Source: Eledone cirrhosa (lineage: Eukaryota). From it: a stretch of 64,000 bases of DNA. Both the position numbers and the translations under genes were made by a program. The notes beneath the pieces are model-generated. The model searched no databases and had not been told where the DNA came from. It saw only the letters and a list, made by a program, of their open reading frames with translations. Where the stretch lies: assembly GCA_964016885.1 (NCBI GenBank), contig OZ024750.1, positions 25,358,001 to 25,422,000 of the forward strand, written 5' to 3'. This document shows, piece by piece, positions 43,035 to 58,150 of the stretch (the first letter of the stretch is position 1; each line of letters opens with the position of its first letter).

Positions 43035-44564
43035 GTTTAGAGCATGTATGTGTACATCATAGTGACACTGGGGGATTGAAGATGAGGAATCTTGGAAGGG
43101 TTTTGTTGACAATGTGTAATGTGAGGTTAGATGTAAAGCAGATGTGAAAGATTTCCACACGGTAGTACTACTTAATAAATTATCTTGGTTTAACGGGAAA
43201 TAGGTAGAAAAATTCTACAAATTCGCTGTACTTTGCAAGATGGAAGTGCTTGCAGGACATGTGATAAATGAAAACATATGTTTTCTCTTTTTGAAGTGTG
43301 AGTGTATATAACCTTGATTAGGAGGTGCTTGTATGATCCGATAGATGTGGAGATGGAGATCTTTTGATAAATGCTAGATTTAGATATATGAAAGAAATGA
43401 AGATTAGTTGGAGTGTCTGTGGAGGTGAGGAATATAAGTGGATGATGATACTAATTGTTGTATAGAATTGAGAATTGCAAATGTTTCAGTTTCTCTTATA
43501 AGATCCTTGATATAGAAGGAGTGTGAAGACGAAATTGGAAACATTGGAGTCACTGAAGACGATGACTTCATAGAAGGACTGATTGTCAAATTGTTGTTGA
43601 ATAAGGAGTATTCGCTAACATAGAGACCGGTCTCTTGTGGCGTTAACCAAGAGACCTTGACCATATCCTACTTAGTGCTAAAGAGATCCTGTTATCTTCA
43701 AACCAGTGGCCCGGTTCGAGTATTTTGCAATAGAGGGATCTCTAAGAACACTCAAGGCTAGATGGTAAGATTGCACCAAGTAACATGAATATATACATAT
43801 ACACGAAATAACATACGTTATTTCAATAGATGTAAAGAGGATAAAGGTAGAGTTATTTGCCTCAGACTTCATCCTTCCTCTAAACATCTTTATCTTAACA
43901 GACTAGTTCATTATATAAAGGTTAGCTTGTCTTAAAACCTAATGGGTCAAATTAATTTCAGGTTTTGTAAATACTGACACGGCTATATGACCTGTACTTA
44001 ACTTCACTCATCTATTGTCACTAATGTTGTCAAGGGGATTAGCGTAAAGTCAAAAACAGTACAGGCTTTCAGTTCTCAACATACCAAACACGACACCTGG
44101 TAAGGCTCCAAACCAAGTTTGCCTTTGTAATTTCTTATTATTATTATTGTTGTTGTTGTTGTTTGGTTTTGTTGACCGTGAATGCACGCGTTTTAACAAA
44201 TCTCCGCTTAGAAAATATTTTCTCCGTGGATTACCGTATAGTAAAAGGGTTTTATGTTTTTATTTTTCATTATCAACAAAGAGTTTTTGGAATATTTTAG
44301 CGTCTCCTTCATTACGCAGCAGTAGAAACACCTATTTAATATGGTTGCCTTTAGTGTACACAGAAAGAGGCAACTAAGAATACGATTGATGAGATTTTTT
44401 ACTTTTATCTCTACCAAAGCACAGCCACCATAACTGGTATTAACTAAATGTGTGTACTCTGAACAGCTGGTTGCAATTGCATTACTGCAATTCGGCAGAT
44501 TCATTGAGTGAGCTAGACATTGGCCGGAGACCGTTGACTTAATACCAGTAATCCTCGTTACATT

Positions 44565-44609
<45 letters not shown>

Positions 44610-45012
44610 TAAAATAACAGATTAAAGTTTAAGCAAAGAATCTTTGGATTATAGTCTTCAAATTTATTATTATTACTATATATATATATATATATATATA
44701 TAGTTATATAACTAAATAGCTCTGTAGCTTACATAGAACACTCTCCTTTCCTTTACCTTTCCTACGGAAGCACTTAATATATATAAATACACACATTATA
44801 TATATATATATAATGTGTGTATTTAGGCGGTGGATTGGCAGTATCGGTAGAGGGTCGGACGCCATGCTTTGCAGCACAGTTACGTCCCTTTACGGACTGA
44901 GTTCAAATCCCGCCGAGGTTAACTTTGCCTTTCATCCTTACGGGGTCGATAAAATAAAGTACCAGTAATACACTGGAGTAATTGCTGGCCTTGTGCCAAA
45001 TGTAGAAACAAT

Positions 45013-45050
<38 letters not shown>

Positions 45051-45081
45051 ATAATATATATATATTATATATATATATATT

Positions 45082-45124
<43 letters not shown>

Positions 45125-45274
45125 TATATATATAATATATATATATATAATATATATATATATATAATATATATATATAATATATATATATATATATAAT
45201 ATATATATAATATATATATATATATTATATATTATATATATATATAATATATATATATATATAATATATATATT

Positions 45275-45958
45275 CGGGTATGTGCAGTGTAGGTTTTGGT
45301 TATGTATCTATCAGAGCGCCTATAATTATACATCTTTATATTTGGATGATTTGTCCATTTCCTTGGTAGATATATTGTCATTTGTGGGGCTTGATAACAT
45401 CAATTAGAAGACATTTTTATTTCTTTGAAGTCTTTGACTATATTATCTGGTCGGCTAGTTTGGGTCTCCCTGTCTATATGTATTGGCATATCCCAGAGAA
45501 TGGCTGATTTGTCATTCTCTGACATCTTTTCTATTGTGTTTCCGAACCGTCGTTTTATTGTTGGTATTTCGTAGTCTTAGCATAACTTCCAGTGTATGTA
45601 ACTACCTACTCTATCATGTCTGTTGATATAGTCCTTTTTGTCTAAAACTAGGCAGACAAAGATAATGTAGTTAATTGTTTCTTACCCTGCCTCCCCATTA
45701 TCTGCAGTTACTTACTATGCTCTGCTTCATTATATACTTCTGGGCGGTGGATTGGCAGTATCGGTAGAGTGTCGGACATGCTTTCCAGCATAGTTACGTC
45801 CCTTTACGATCTGAGTTCAAATCCCGCCGAGGTTGACTTTGCCTTTCATCCTTACGGGGTCCATAAAATAAAGTACCAGTAATTTACTGGATAATTGCTG
45901 GCCTTGTGCCTAAAGTGGAAACAATTATATACTTCTGGTGGTTTCTGGCGGGGAGGCT
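45275..45958 (-). mobile_element. Degraded R4/Dong-like LINE fragment (different family), interrupted by a SINE
   Basis: Minus translation YINRHDRVGSYIHWKLC...AILWDMPIHIDR...SRPD, with stops and frameshifts. Confidence 0.7.
45744..45923 (+). mobile_element. Nin-type SINE inserted into an R4/Dong LINE fragment
   Basis: 15-bp target-site duplication ATTATATACTTCTGG at 45729-45743 and 45924-45938. Confidence 0.85.
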
Positions 45959-46747
45959 TTATTGTTATTATTATTATTAGGGTGGTGGATTGGCAGTATC
46001 GGTAAGGCGTCGGACACTATGGTCTGCGACATAGAATCATGGCCCTTTGCGTTCTGAGTTCAAATCCTGCCAAGATTAACTTTGCTTTTCATCCTTACGG
46101 GGTCGATAAAATAAAGTACCCGTCGCGGACTGGGGTCGATTTAATCGACTTTCCCCTCCCCAAAATTGCTGGCCTTGTGCCTATATAAGAAACCATTATT
46201 ATTAGGGTGGTGGATTGGCAGTGTCGGTAGAGCGTCGGACACTATACTTTGCGGCATAGAGTTATGACCCTTTACATTCTCAGTTCAAATGCCGCCGAGG
46301 CATAATAAAATAAAGTACCAGTAATGCACTGGGTATTTGCTGGCCTTGTGCCTAAAGTAGAAACAATTATTATTATTATTATTATTGTCATTGTTGTTGT
46401 TCAAGATTTTAAAAGAAATCTGCTTCGTTTGAAGCTATTTCTTAAACATTTGCCAAGAGTCAGGAGAATTACTTTGTTCTTTACAGCAAATATTTTTTTG
46501 AATTCTGCTAATTATAAAGCTTCAGCTAATTAAAATGCGTGTGTCTGTATGTGCGTGTGTGTGTGCTGTGTGTGCTGTGTGTGTCTGTCTGTGTGTGTCT
46601 GTGTGTCTATGTGTATGGCTGCATGTATGTATGTGGCTGTATGTCTGCCGTTGTGTGTGTGTGATTGTTAATGTCACTGCATGTGCGTATGTGTGTGTGT
46701 AAGTGTGTCTGTGTGCGTGTGTATATATATATATATATATATATACA

Positions 46748-46887
<140 letters not shown>

Positions 46888-47752
46888 CGTGTGTTTGTCT
46901 GTGTTTATTTACGTTTATTTATGTTCTGCTTCTATTTATATTACAACTGTCTGTAATATATATATTATATTATGGGGATTGGTAGTATCAGTAGAAGGTC
47001 GGACGCCATGCTTTCCACCATAGTTACGTCCCTTTAGGGTCTGAGTTCAAATCCGGTCAAGGTTAACTTTGCCTTTCATCCTTACGGGGTAGATAAAATA
47101 AAGTACCAGTAATGCACTGGTTAATTGCCTGCCTTGTGCCAAAAGTAGAAACAATTATATTGTTTCTCTACAAATACTGCTATTATTTCCATAATAATTA
47201 TTATTGCTGCTAAAGAAATCATTATTATTAATATTATTGTCGTCATCATCATTATCATTATTATTATTTATTAAAAAAAAATTAAAAAAAGCCGGTACAA
47301 TGAGGTACAAACATATAAAGGGTAAAAGATGAGAAGTAAAACAAAACAATGTAATGTTTTATCTTGTGTATTTTAACATATTTCGGGGCAAACACCCCCT
47401 TTTCAAATGTATTATTATCATTAGTATATTTGCTAAAAAGGTGGGTGAATGATGCAAGAATGGGCCTACACTGAGCATGCGCCGGAAGGCTGGCTGATTT
47501 AGAGAGGAGAAGGGCATCCTTTGAGCGTCGGGTGGTTTAGGATTTGTGGGGTTCCTAAGTCATCCCTGTGTGGTCCTATCCATATTGAGGAATTTTCTTT
47601 GTTTTAATTCTTTTGTTCACTGTTATTTGTTTGTTAATATCTTTCTACTCGATTTCAGTGTAAACTCCCACTGTCCCTGTCTATTGTATTGTCCCCCCCC
47701 CCCCTTTTATAGGCCCTTGTGGCAAATAAAAAGAAATTATTATTATTATTAT

Positions 47753-48216
<464 letters not shown>

Positions 48217-50479
48217 TAAGAAAAAATTTCGATTCATTTTCGGGTTTTTAAAGGGTTCTTTGTGTATCGCGTTATTTTTCTATTGTTTATATGAGACATT
48301 TTCAAATATGTGGGTAGAGTTGTTTTGGGAAAGCCATTGCAATGCAGTTTAGATATAAAGGAGTTAAAATGAGAGTAAAGTAAAACAAACAAAACAAATT
48401 TACACTTTTACTTTATATTTCATATTTCGGGGTTTTACTCCTTTTTAAAAAAAAATGAACTAGCGTCTGATCGTGATGGCGAGCAGAACTCTTTTATGCA
48501 GATATTGGGTCAGCGGAGTGGCGACATGTACATAATAGCCATTCAGTTTATCAATTTTCACCTGTTGTTAATAGGTCTTAATCTCTTGAAGAATAATATC
48601 GTCTTTGATTCGTAAGTTTCGAATATTTCGTTCGGAGATTTCTATTGTAACTTTTAAATTTTCAAAACTATTTGTTCAATCTTTTTCTAGCTAATGAAAC
48701 TATATCGGTTTACAGGGGCGGTGGAAGCATTTCTAAGTTGCAAATTTGGTCAATTTAATTGTAGTAATTAGTTTAGCTGTTAAGGTTAACTTTGCCTTTC
48801 ATCCTTACAGGGTCGATAAAATAAAGTACCAGTAATACACTGGAATAATTGCTGGCCTTGTGCCAAAAGTAGAAACAATTATCAAATATCAACTAAGATA
48901 TAAAAAAAAAACTTCGATATACGATAAACATAACATATACATAAACTGTAGCACTTATACAAATAGATGTGTGTTTTGGTAGTTTGGGAAAAAAATATAA
49001 TTATGGGGGGGGGGGGGGGGTTGCTTCCCCAGTTCCACCGCGCCTGTTAAACAATTTTTTGTTGCGGTATATCTCAAATGTCTCCTCAACAATATTAATT
49101 AATCCATTCTGATGTGATAATATTAAACAGCTTGTGACAAATTCCAACTCCTGTAAGTATTTATGCAGTCTCCATTTACACAAGATTTGGTGAACATTGC
49201 TAACAGCTACGTGGACCTCAGAAACATAAAACTAACCTTAACACTTAGATAATCTAACATACAAATATTTTACACAGCTACAATTCTCAGAAATGGTAGT
49301 AGATATAAAGACATCCCTTAAATGATCATCTTAGCATTCAAAATTAAAAATTAAGATGACCAGTAAATTAGCAGAGAGATTAAATCACTAGGTTCAATAA
49401 AACATGTTTTTTTTTATGCTTTTACTAACGTCAGGGATTAGACGCAGACTCTGGTCATGCTGGGGCACCTCATATGACCACATTACTTATTTTATCGGTG
49501 GATTGGCAGTATCGGGAGAGGGTCGGACGCCATGTTTTCTAGCATAGGGTTACGGCCCTTTGTGATCTGAGTTCAAATCCCGCCGTGGTTAACTTTGCCT
49601 TTCATCCTTACGGGGTCGATAAAATAAAGTACCAGTAATGCACTTGAGTAATTGCTGGCCTTGTGCCAAAAGTAGAAACACTTATTTATTTTATCGTCTC
49701 GTTTTTATTTTACCGACCACTGAAGGATAACATACAAATTAAGAGCAGAGAAGGATTTTTTTTTTGCTTTTACTAGCGTCAGTGATTAGACTCTGGTCAG
49801 GCTGGGGCACCTCATTTGACCACATTACTTATTTTACCGGCCACTGAAGGATGAAATACAAAGTAAGAGCCGAGAATGATTTTAACTCAGAACATAAAAT
49901 GAAGAAACCCAATACAAGTTTATTCAGCATTCTGTTGATTCTGTCTCTCATCATTTAATTGTTTTAAATCTCAATTTTCCTAAGGTTGACTTTTGTCTTT
50001 TATTCTTTCGACGGCGATAAAGTTCAAATACACCGTTTAAGTCTTCGTCCGACATCCGTTGAACCTAGTCGAAATAAAACCTAAGCGTAAACCTAAAATA
50101 TAAAAGACTGCTGTCAACACTGGACGTGACACGAACTTTCAACTCACCAACCACCAGTGCCGCATTTAATGGGGGGGGGGGGCAGAGTCGTTAGAAAGTC
50201 ACACAAATATTTAACTGTATTTCTTCAGACCTATTACATTCTGAATTCAAATTCCGCCGAGGTTAATTTTGTATTTCATACTTCTGAGATCGATAACATA
50301 AAGTGCCAGTCATTCATGGTCATGTACTAGGATCGATATAATCAATTTCTCCCCTTCTCCTCCACATACACTATTTCTGGCCTTGTACCTTGTACCTATG
50401 TTAGACACCATTAGACTTCTGTTTCTAAAGAGCAAAGTAAAGACTATAAATGAATGCAGGAGCAGAAACAACGACAACG

Positions 50480-50780
50480 ATGCGGTGTGGATTCAGTGTA
50501 GTTGCAGTATGGATGCAGCATAGATGCAATGTGGATGCAGTATGGATTTAGTGTGGATCCAGCATAGATGCAGCATGGATGCAGTATGAATGCAGTGTGG
50601 ATGTGTGGATGAAGTGTGGATGCAGTATGGATTCACCGTGGTTGCAGTATGGATTCAGTGTGGTTGCAGTGTGGATGCCGTGTGGTTTCAGTATGGGTGC
50701 ATCGTGGATGCAATATGAATTCAGTGTGGATGCAGTATGGATTCAGCGCGGTTGCAGCATGGTTGCAGTATAGATGCAGC
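50480..50780. repeat. Degenerate 11-bp tandem repeat
   Basis: GATGCAGTATG/GATGCAGTGTG variants. Confidence 0.85.
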
Positions 50781-50939
50781 TTGAATGTTTATTTTGTCCT
50801 TGAAATTAAAAGGTTTGATCAAACCAACATTTCTATGCAACCCTGCCTACCTATATAGCGATACTAATTACTAAACTTAAACATCTCCAACGAAATGTTA
50901 TCCCTCATTTACATATCACTAAAACTTCTCACGTTTCCA

Positions 50940-51202
50940 TTACACGCCATAAGAACCTCTCTCTATCTCACTCTCTCTCTATTCCAGTACACACCATCAG
51001 AACCCCTCTCTCTCTCTCCCGCTCTCTCGCCCACTCTCACTCTCTCTCTATTCCAGTACACACCATAAGAAGCTCTCTTTCTCTTTCTCGATTCTAGTAT
51101 ACACCATAAGAACCACCCATCTCTCTCTGTTCCATCACACACACCATAAGAACCTCTATCCTTCTCTACTCAATCACACACTATCAGAACCTCTCCCTCC
51201 CA

Positions 51203-51255
<53 letters not shown>

Positions 51256-51360
51256 TATCCCATCACACTCCATAAGAACCTCTCTCTCTCTCTAATCCTG
51301 TACACACCATAAGAACCTCGTCTCTTTCACATGTCCATTCCACACCATAAAAACTTATCT
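50940..51360. repeat. Tandem ACACCATAAGAACC + (CT)n units
   Basis: About 9 copies of the motif separated by variable CT tracts. Confidence 0.8.
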
Positions 51361-51807
51361 CTAAAAGTCATGAATCTAATTTTGTTTTCTTTAGCCAAGG
51401 CATAGGAAAGAAAGCGAAAAAAAAAAAATGAAAGAAAATGAAAGAAAATGAAAGAAAATCAGAAAAACAAATCTCTTGTTTAATTGAAACATAAACACAA
51501 ATAAAACTGTCGTCTGGTTCGCCGTTTGTTTATTTGAAGATACAATTAATGAACAATCATAAGAAAGAATCACGCCTTATTTAGTCTTTAGACATTTATA
51601 CAAATGGCTTCCATTAGACGTGTGTGTACTTTAGGGGATCCTGTTTTGATTGCTATTGAAGTCAGAAAGTCAGAAGCATGATTCCCTTGATATATATATA
51701 TCACGATAAATTAACGGAGCCAAAGACTCTCGTAATTCCCTGTCAATAATCTGCTCAAAGGAAAAGGAATCCTATCTCTCTCTAGTGTGTTATCTTTTAA
51801 ACATATT

Positions 51808-51814
51808 GTATATA

Positions 51815-51873
<59 letters not shown>

Positions 51874-51928
51874 ATATGTATATATATATATATATATAAA
51901 TATGTATATATATATATATGTATATATG

Positions 51929-51963
<35 letters not shown>

Positions 51964-51964
51964 G

Positions 51965-52017
<53 letters not shown>

Positions 52018-52050
52018 ATATGTATATATATGTATATATATATATATGTA

Positions 52051-52093
<43 letters not shown>

Positions 52094-52150
52094 ATATGTA
52101 TATATATGTATATATATATATATGTATATATGTATATGTATATATATATG

Positions 52151-52224
<74 letters not shown>

Positions 52225-52862
52225 ATATATATAATATATATGTATTATATATAATATATATATAATATATATGATATATATATAATACATATATAATATA
52301 TATATAATATATATATAATATATATACAATATATATATAATATATATATAATATATATATAATACATATATAATATATATATAATATATATATAATATAT
52401 ATACAATATATATATAATATATATATAATATATATATAATATATATATAATATATATATAATATATATATATAATATATATGTATTATATATAATATATA
52501 TATAATATATATATGTATTATATATAATATATATATAATATATATATGATATATATAATATATATATGATATATATAATATATATAATATATATATATAT
52601 ATAATATATGTGATATATATATAATACATATATAATACATATATAATATATATATATATAATACTTATATAATATATATATAATACTTATATAATATATA
52701 TATAATACATATATAATATATATATAATATATATATAATACTTATATAATATATATATATAATATATATAATACATATATAATATATATATAATACATAT
52801 ATAATATATATATAATACATATATAATATATATATAATACATATATAATATATATATATATA
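51808..52862. repeat. ~1-kb compound (TA)n/(TATG)/(TATAA) microsatellite
   Basis: Direct reading. Confidence 0.95.
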
Positions 52863-53959
52863 AAAATAACGAAGGAAATGTGGTAAGGAACCAGGTGGAC
52901 CATAACGCACCAAAGTACTCAATACTTGAGGTAGTAGAGTGGGTAATAGGAACCAGTAAGACCCCGACAGCTGAGCTGTATTAGCCGTCGAAACGGCTTG
53001 AGCTCAGCTGTCGGGGTCTTACTGGTTCCTATATATAAAAATATATATATATAAGTGCGTGTGTGTGTACATATATTTATGTATATATAATTCAAATGTG
53101 TGTGGCCCAACGCAAATGACCATAATAATAGTTGGTCACTATAAATAATTGAGAAGATCTGGTAAGGTATCCCTGGAGAGTGAAAATAGTGGACAGAGGG
53201 GTACTGGTCAGGAATCGAACCCCACATCTCTCAGATGCCAGATGAGTTCATTAACCACTACTTTAAAGAACTGCTGGCCACTGATTCTATCTAGAGTTCT
53301 CAAACTTTTGAGGCCACCACTCCCCCCTCATGGCCACGTAACACCCTCAGCGCCCCCAAACTCTATTTCCAGAGAGACCTGCCTACATGCAAATTGTAGT
53401 GGATTGGCAGTATCGGTAGAGGGCCGCACACCATGCTTTGACGCATAGAGTTACGGTCCTTGCCATTCAGAGTTCAAATCCCTTCGAGGTTAACTTTCCC
53501 TTTCATCCTTGGGGGGTGGGGTGGGGTAGATAAAATAAAGTACCAGTAATGAACTGAGTAATTGCTGGCCTTGTGACAAAAGTAGAAACAACTATAAAAT
53601 AAAAAAAATCATTAATTTATATATAATAAATAATATAATATATACTATGTATAAATGAATATTATATTTTTTAATTTACTATATTTATATATATATATGT
53701 ATCATTTGATATTTAATGTACTATTATATCATCTCTACCGCCTACCGCCCCAATAGATATCAGAGCCCCGGACCATTCCAACGCCGGTGGAGGGCGGGTA
53801 GCGCCCACTTTGAGAACCTCTGGTATAAACAAAGCAGATGACTTAAGAAACAGAAATTTAAGATTTGAAATGTGTGCGTCCCAACACAATTGAGGGGAGA
53901 TGTAGGTACGTCTCTGACCCCGATTTTCAGTCTCCAGGGATATTTTATCCGATTCTCTT

Positions 53960-55550
53960 CTTTTCTTCGCCCACTTGTTCCTGAGAAGCAGGTCCTGTCA
54001 AAAGCAACCGTCTCCAACTGATCCAGCTGGACTCCCAAGTGTGACTAACCAGGCTGATAGATGTTACCAACCATATTGCTTGGGGTCTACCCCTGGGTCT
54101 CCTACCTATTGGTTTCGCCCGAAAAATCTGTCCAGTGATCCTTTCCTGAGACATTCTAACCACATGCCCATACTATCAGAGCTGTGATCTCTCAATTCAG
54201 AGAAGTAGCGGCTCCACCTGATCTCCGGGCTCTCTGATCTCCGGGCTACGCACTCTATCGAGTACTGTTACTCCAGAGACCCTTCGGAGAAGTAGCGGCT
54301 CCACCTGGAGTGACTCTCTCATCTCCGGGCGACACTCTATCGAGTACCGTTACTCCAGAGACCCTTCGGAGAAGTAGCGGCTCTACCTGGAGTGACTCTC
54401 TGATCTCCGGGCTACGCACTCTATCGAGTACTGTTACTCCAGAGACCCTTCGGAGAAGTAGCGGCTCTACCTGGAGTGACTCTCTGATCTCCGGGCTACG
54501 CACTCTATCGAGTACCGTTACTCCAGAGACCCTTCGGAGAAGTAGCGGCTCCACCTGGAGTGACTCTCTCATCTCCGGGCGACACTCTATCGAGTACCGT
54601 TACTCCAGAGACCCTTCGGAGAAGTAGCGGCTCTACCTGGAGTGACTCTCTGATTTCCGAGCTACACTCTATCGAGTACTGTTACTCCAAAGACCCTTCG
54701 GAGAAGTAGCGGCTCTACCTGGAGTGACTCTCTCATCTCCGGGCTACGCACTCTATCGAGTACTGTTACTCCAGAGACCCTTCGGAGAAGTAGCGGCTCT
54801 ACCTGGAGTGACTCTCTGATTTCCGAGCTACACTCTATCGAGTACTGTTACTCCAAAGACCCTTCGGAGAAGTAGCGGCTCTACCTGGAGTGACTCTCTG
54901 ATTTCCGAGCTACACTCTATCGAGTACTGTTACTCCAAAGACCCTTCGGAGAAGTAGCGGCTCTACCTGGAGTGACTCTCTGATATCCGAGCTACACTCT
55001 ATCGAGTACTGTTACTCTAAAGATCATTCAGAGAAGTAGCGGCTCTACCTGGAGTGACTCTCTGATATCCGAGCTACACTCTATCGAGTACTGTTACTCT
55101 AAAGACCCTTCGGAGAAGTAGCGGCTCTACCTGGAGTGACTCTCTGATTTCCGAGCTACACTCTATCGAGTACCGTTACTCCAAAGACCCTTCGGAGGAG
55201 TAGCGGCTCTACCTGGAGTGACTCTCTGATCTCCGAACTACGCACTTTTTCTCGTAACGTTATTCCGAAGACCCTTCGGAGGATCCCCCATTTCGGCCGC
55301 TTGTATTCGCGATTGTATTCTTTGGTCATTACCCAAGATTCATGACCATAAGTAAGGATGACACGAAAACTGAATTGAAGATATCGAGTTTGACTTTAAC
55401 ACCTCCCTCCTTTCTTCTCATTACTGAATGCTGAAGCTGGCGCATTACTGCACCAGCTTTTAAAATTCTTGCTCTTAATTCAGCCTCCTGCCTTCCAACA
55501 CTTGTGAACATGGCCCGGGTTACTTGAACTTCTTTACCGATTCTTTCAAT
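53960..55550 (-). mobile_element. RTE-clade LINE 3' fragment (same family as 15727) with internal tandem amplification
   Basis: Minus strand ARILKAGAVMRQL...FNSVFVS, then RRVSGVTVLDRVRSPEIRESLQVEPLLL repeats, then VRMSQERITGQIFRAKPIGRRPRGRP. Confidence 0.8.
54190..55280. repeat. 82/84-bp tandem array derived from RTE coding sequence
   Basis: Spacing of ACTCTATCGAGTAC at 54252, 54334, 54418, 54502, 54584 and onward; about 12 units. Confidence 0.9.
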
Positions 55551-55653
55551 CATTAATTATAGTGGTCAACTATTTTAAAGAATAGGACTAGAGAGAGACA
55601 AGGGGAGAAAGCGAGAGAGTGAGAGAGAGGGGGTGAGAGAGAGAGAGAGAGAG

Positions 55654-55708
<55 letters not shown>

Positions 55709-56148
55709 GTGTGTGTGTCTGTGTGAGTGTGTGTGAGAGAGAGAGAGAGTGGGTGTAAGAGAGAGAGAGGGTTAAAGAGAGAGAATGAGTGTGTGAGAGA
55801 GGGTAAAAGAGAGTGTGTGGGGAAGTGAGAGAGTGCGGGAGTGACAGAGAAAGAGGGTAAGAGAGAAAGTGTGTGGGTGAGAGAGTGGGGGAGTAAAGAG
55901 TGGGTGAGAGAGTGGGTGAGAGAGTGGGAGAGAGAGTGTGTGGGGGAGTAAGAGAGTTGTTGAGAGAGTGGGAGAGAGAGTGTGCGGGTGAGTGAAAGAG
56001 TGGGAGAGGGGGTAAGAGAGAGAGAGTGGGGAGAGTGTGGGGAGTGAGAGAGGGTAAGGGAGAGAGTGTGGGGGTGAGAGAGAGGGATGGAGTAAGAGAG
56101 AGAGAGAGAGAGAGAGAGAGTAAGAGAGAAGTTAAGAGAGGGGGTATG

Positions 56149-56185
<37 letters not shown>

Positions 56186-56789
56186 TGCGAGGGGATGAGA
56201 GAGTGGGAGAGAGAGAAATATAAGTAATTGAAATAATACTGAAAGAAGAAAGAGATGAAAGTGATAAAGAGGACAACGCAGAGAAATTAGAGAGAGAAAA
56301 ATAAAAAAAAAATAGACGGGCTTCCGTATATATGTATATGGAGAATAGAAATGGCTGTGTAGTTGCTATTTAAGGTAGCTTAAAATGGAGTGAGAATAAG
56401 ATGAAAGCAAGAACGTGGGTATGGGGGAGGGGGGAGTGGTTCTTCATCAGTTGTCTACTGAAGGTCTTGGATATTTCTACTCTTTAATCAAGTAAAGCTA
56501 AAATCTCATCTAACTATGTTTTATCTAACTCATATAGGTATATAAAGGAGTCACGCTTAAAGATGTTATTCTAACGTAATCTGAGTATAAGAAGGGTTGC
56601 TTGTTAATAAAAACTATTCTATAGAATTTTTCATGTTTAAGTAAGACAACAAAGAGATGTTTCCGATAAGATCACATTAATAAACTGATGGTATTAACAC
56701 CTCAGTAATAAATACAAAAGAAAAAGTGATAAATTGTACTTATTTTTCAGTATTTATTTTGAATTTTTTCTTTGCTATCTTTCCTGTAT

Positions 56790-57097
56790 GTGGCGAATTG
56801 GCAGAGTCGTTAGAGCGTCCGTAAATGCTTTATAGTATTCGTTCCAGCTCTCTGTACTCTGAGTTCAAATCCCACCGAGGTCAACTTTGCCTTTCATCCT
56901 TTCGAAGTCAATAAAAAAAGTACCAGTCTAGTACTGAGGTCGATTCTTCTTCCATATTTCTTTCTCATTTCCTCTCTCTCACTTTCTATCTTTCTCTGGA
57001 AGAGATCTGCTGGGCTCAGCTAGGCTTAAAATGCCCAAGAAACGCCGTATGTCAATACGGCGCCCCTACGACTATCAGGAGTTACGGGACCATACAT
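56790..57097 (+). mobile_element. Nin-type SINE subfamily with a different, longer 3' tail (relatives about 16245-16545(-), 22740-23050(-), 22555-22640)
   Basis: Same head and core, then a CT-rich spacer and GCCCAAGAAACGCCGTATGTCAATACGGCGCCCCTAC...GGAGTTACG tail. Confidence 0.65.
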
Positions 57098-57536
57098 ACA
57101 TCCTTCCTGTAGTGAGAATTTGATGTCGTATAAAAAATATTGAAAGCTCAATAAACTCCCGTCTGCTGAGAAACAAGATGGCGTAGGACAGAACAAAGGA
57201 GAAGCACAAAACAAAGAAAAGAATCCCCAGTCACTGAAGAGGTCACAGAATGTGTGACGAAAGAACTTTGACAATATATAAACAACCGTCCGGTTGTGGA
57301 ACCAACCAACCAACCAACCGGAAATTTACAAATTTCTTAAATTTATAAATTTAATTTATAAGTTGGAGTGAAAGCAACTGGTGCGTGTGTTTCTTATTGG
57401 TAACATGACCCTCCCACAATATATATCACAATATATATATATTTTCCTAACGATCGACTTTCGTCAAATCGGACCGAGGAAACAGTGTTTCCATTGGTCT
57501 TTCCAATTGCTAATACTATCTATCGGTCGCAACTCC

Positions 57537-57572
<36 letters not shown>

Positions 57573-57578
57573 TTACTA

Positions 57579-57617
<39 letters not shown>

Positions 57618-57783
57618 CACAAGAATCAAATCTATGTTCAAAGCATTTATTCACTTACAATTGTTTCATCCAAACCTAGGCTTGGAGTCTTCGGAGCATT
57701 TTTCAATGTTTGTACACATAATTGACCTCTTTTCCAACGCAAGACACATACATATATATATAGAAGTAGTAACAATATAGAGA

Positions 57784-57823
<40 letters not shown>

Positions 57824-57943
57824 GTAGGTCCCGTGTTGAGTCGGGGATAACCACAGTAAGTAAGGTACTCAATACATGGCAGAGTAAAATATATTTATTG
57901 TATAGAAGGAGCTTCTACAGGACTAGAACTGTTTCATTCAGAT

Positions 57944-57996
57944 GAGCTTCCTGAAGATTTCATCTGAATGAAACAGTTCTAGTCCTGTAGAAGCTC
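57944..57996 (+). ncRNA. Type I hammerhead, family B, most complete copy
   Basis: Stem I GAGCUUC/GAAGCUC; CUGAAGA; stem II U.U plus UUC/GAA; GAAA; stem III ACAG/CUGU with loop UUCUAGUC; GUA triplet, cleavage after 57989. Confidence 0.75.
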
Positions 57997-58010
57997 CTTC
58001 TATACAATAA

Positions 58011-58085
<75 letters not shown>

Positions 58086-58111
58086 TAGTAACAACAGTTA
58101 GTTCATCATAC

Positions 58112-58150
58112 CGAGAACAATTGTTTCATCTTAATCGGATATTCAGCTCG
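58112..58150 (-). ncRNA. Degenerate minimal hammerhead motif
   Basis: Minus strand CGAG-CUGAAUA-UCCGAUUAAGAU-GAAA-CAAUUG-UU-CUCG. Stem I and palindromic stem III are intact; core G8 is altered. Confidence 0.45.

Noticed and set aside
43200-44140. Possible degraded LINE endonuclease (also about 61150-61330)
   Set aside because: Only faint similarity (QLVSS.T.IP) is visible; it cannot be supported without a profile search.
49270-51650. Possible next protease exon after acceptors near 49278 and 51591
   Set aside because: The phase-2 continuation hits stop codons within a few codons and shows no DIAL-like motif.
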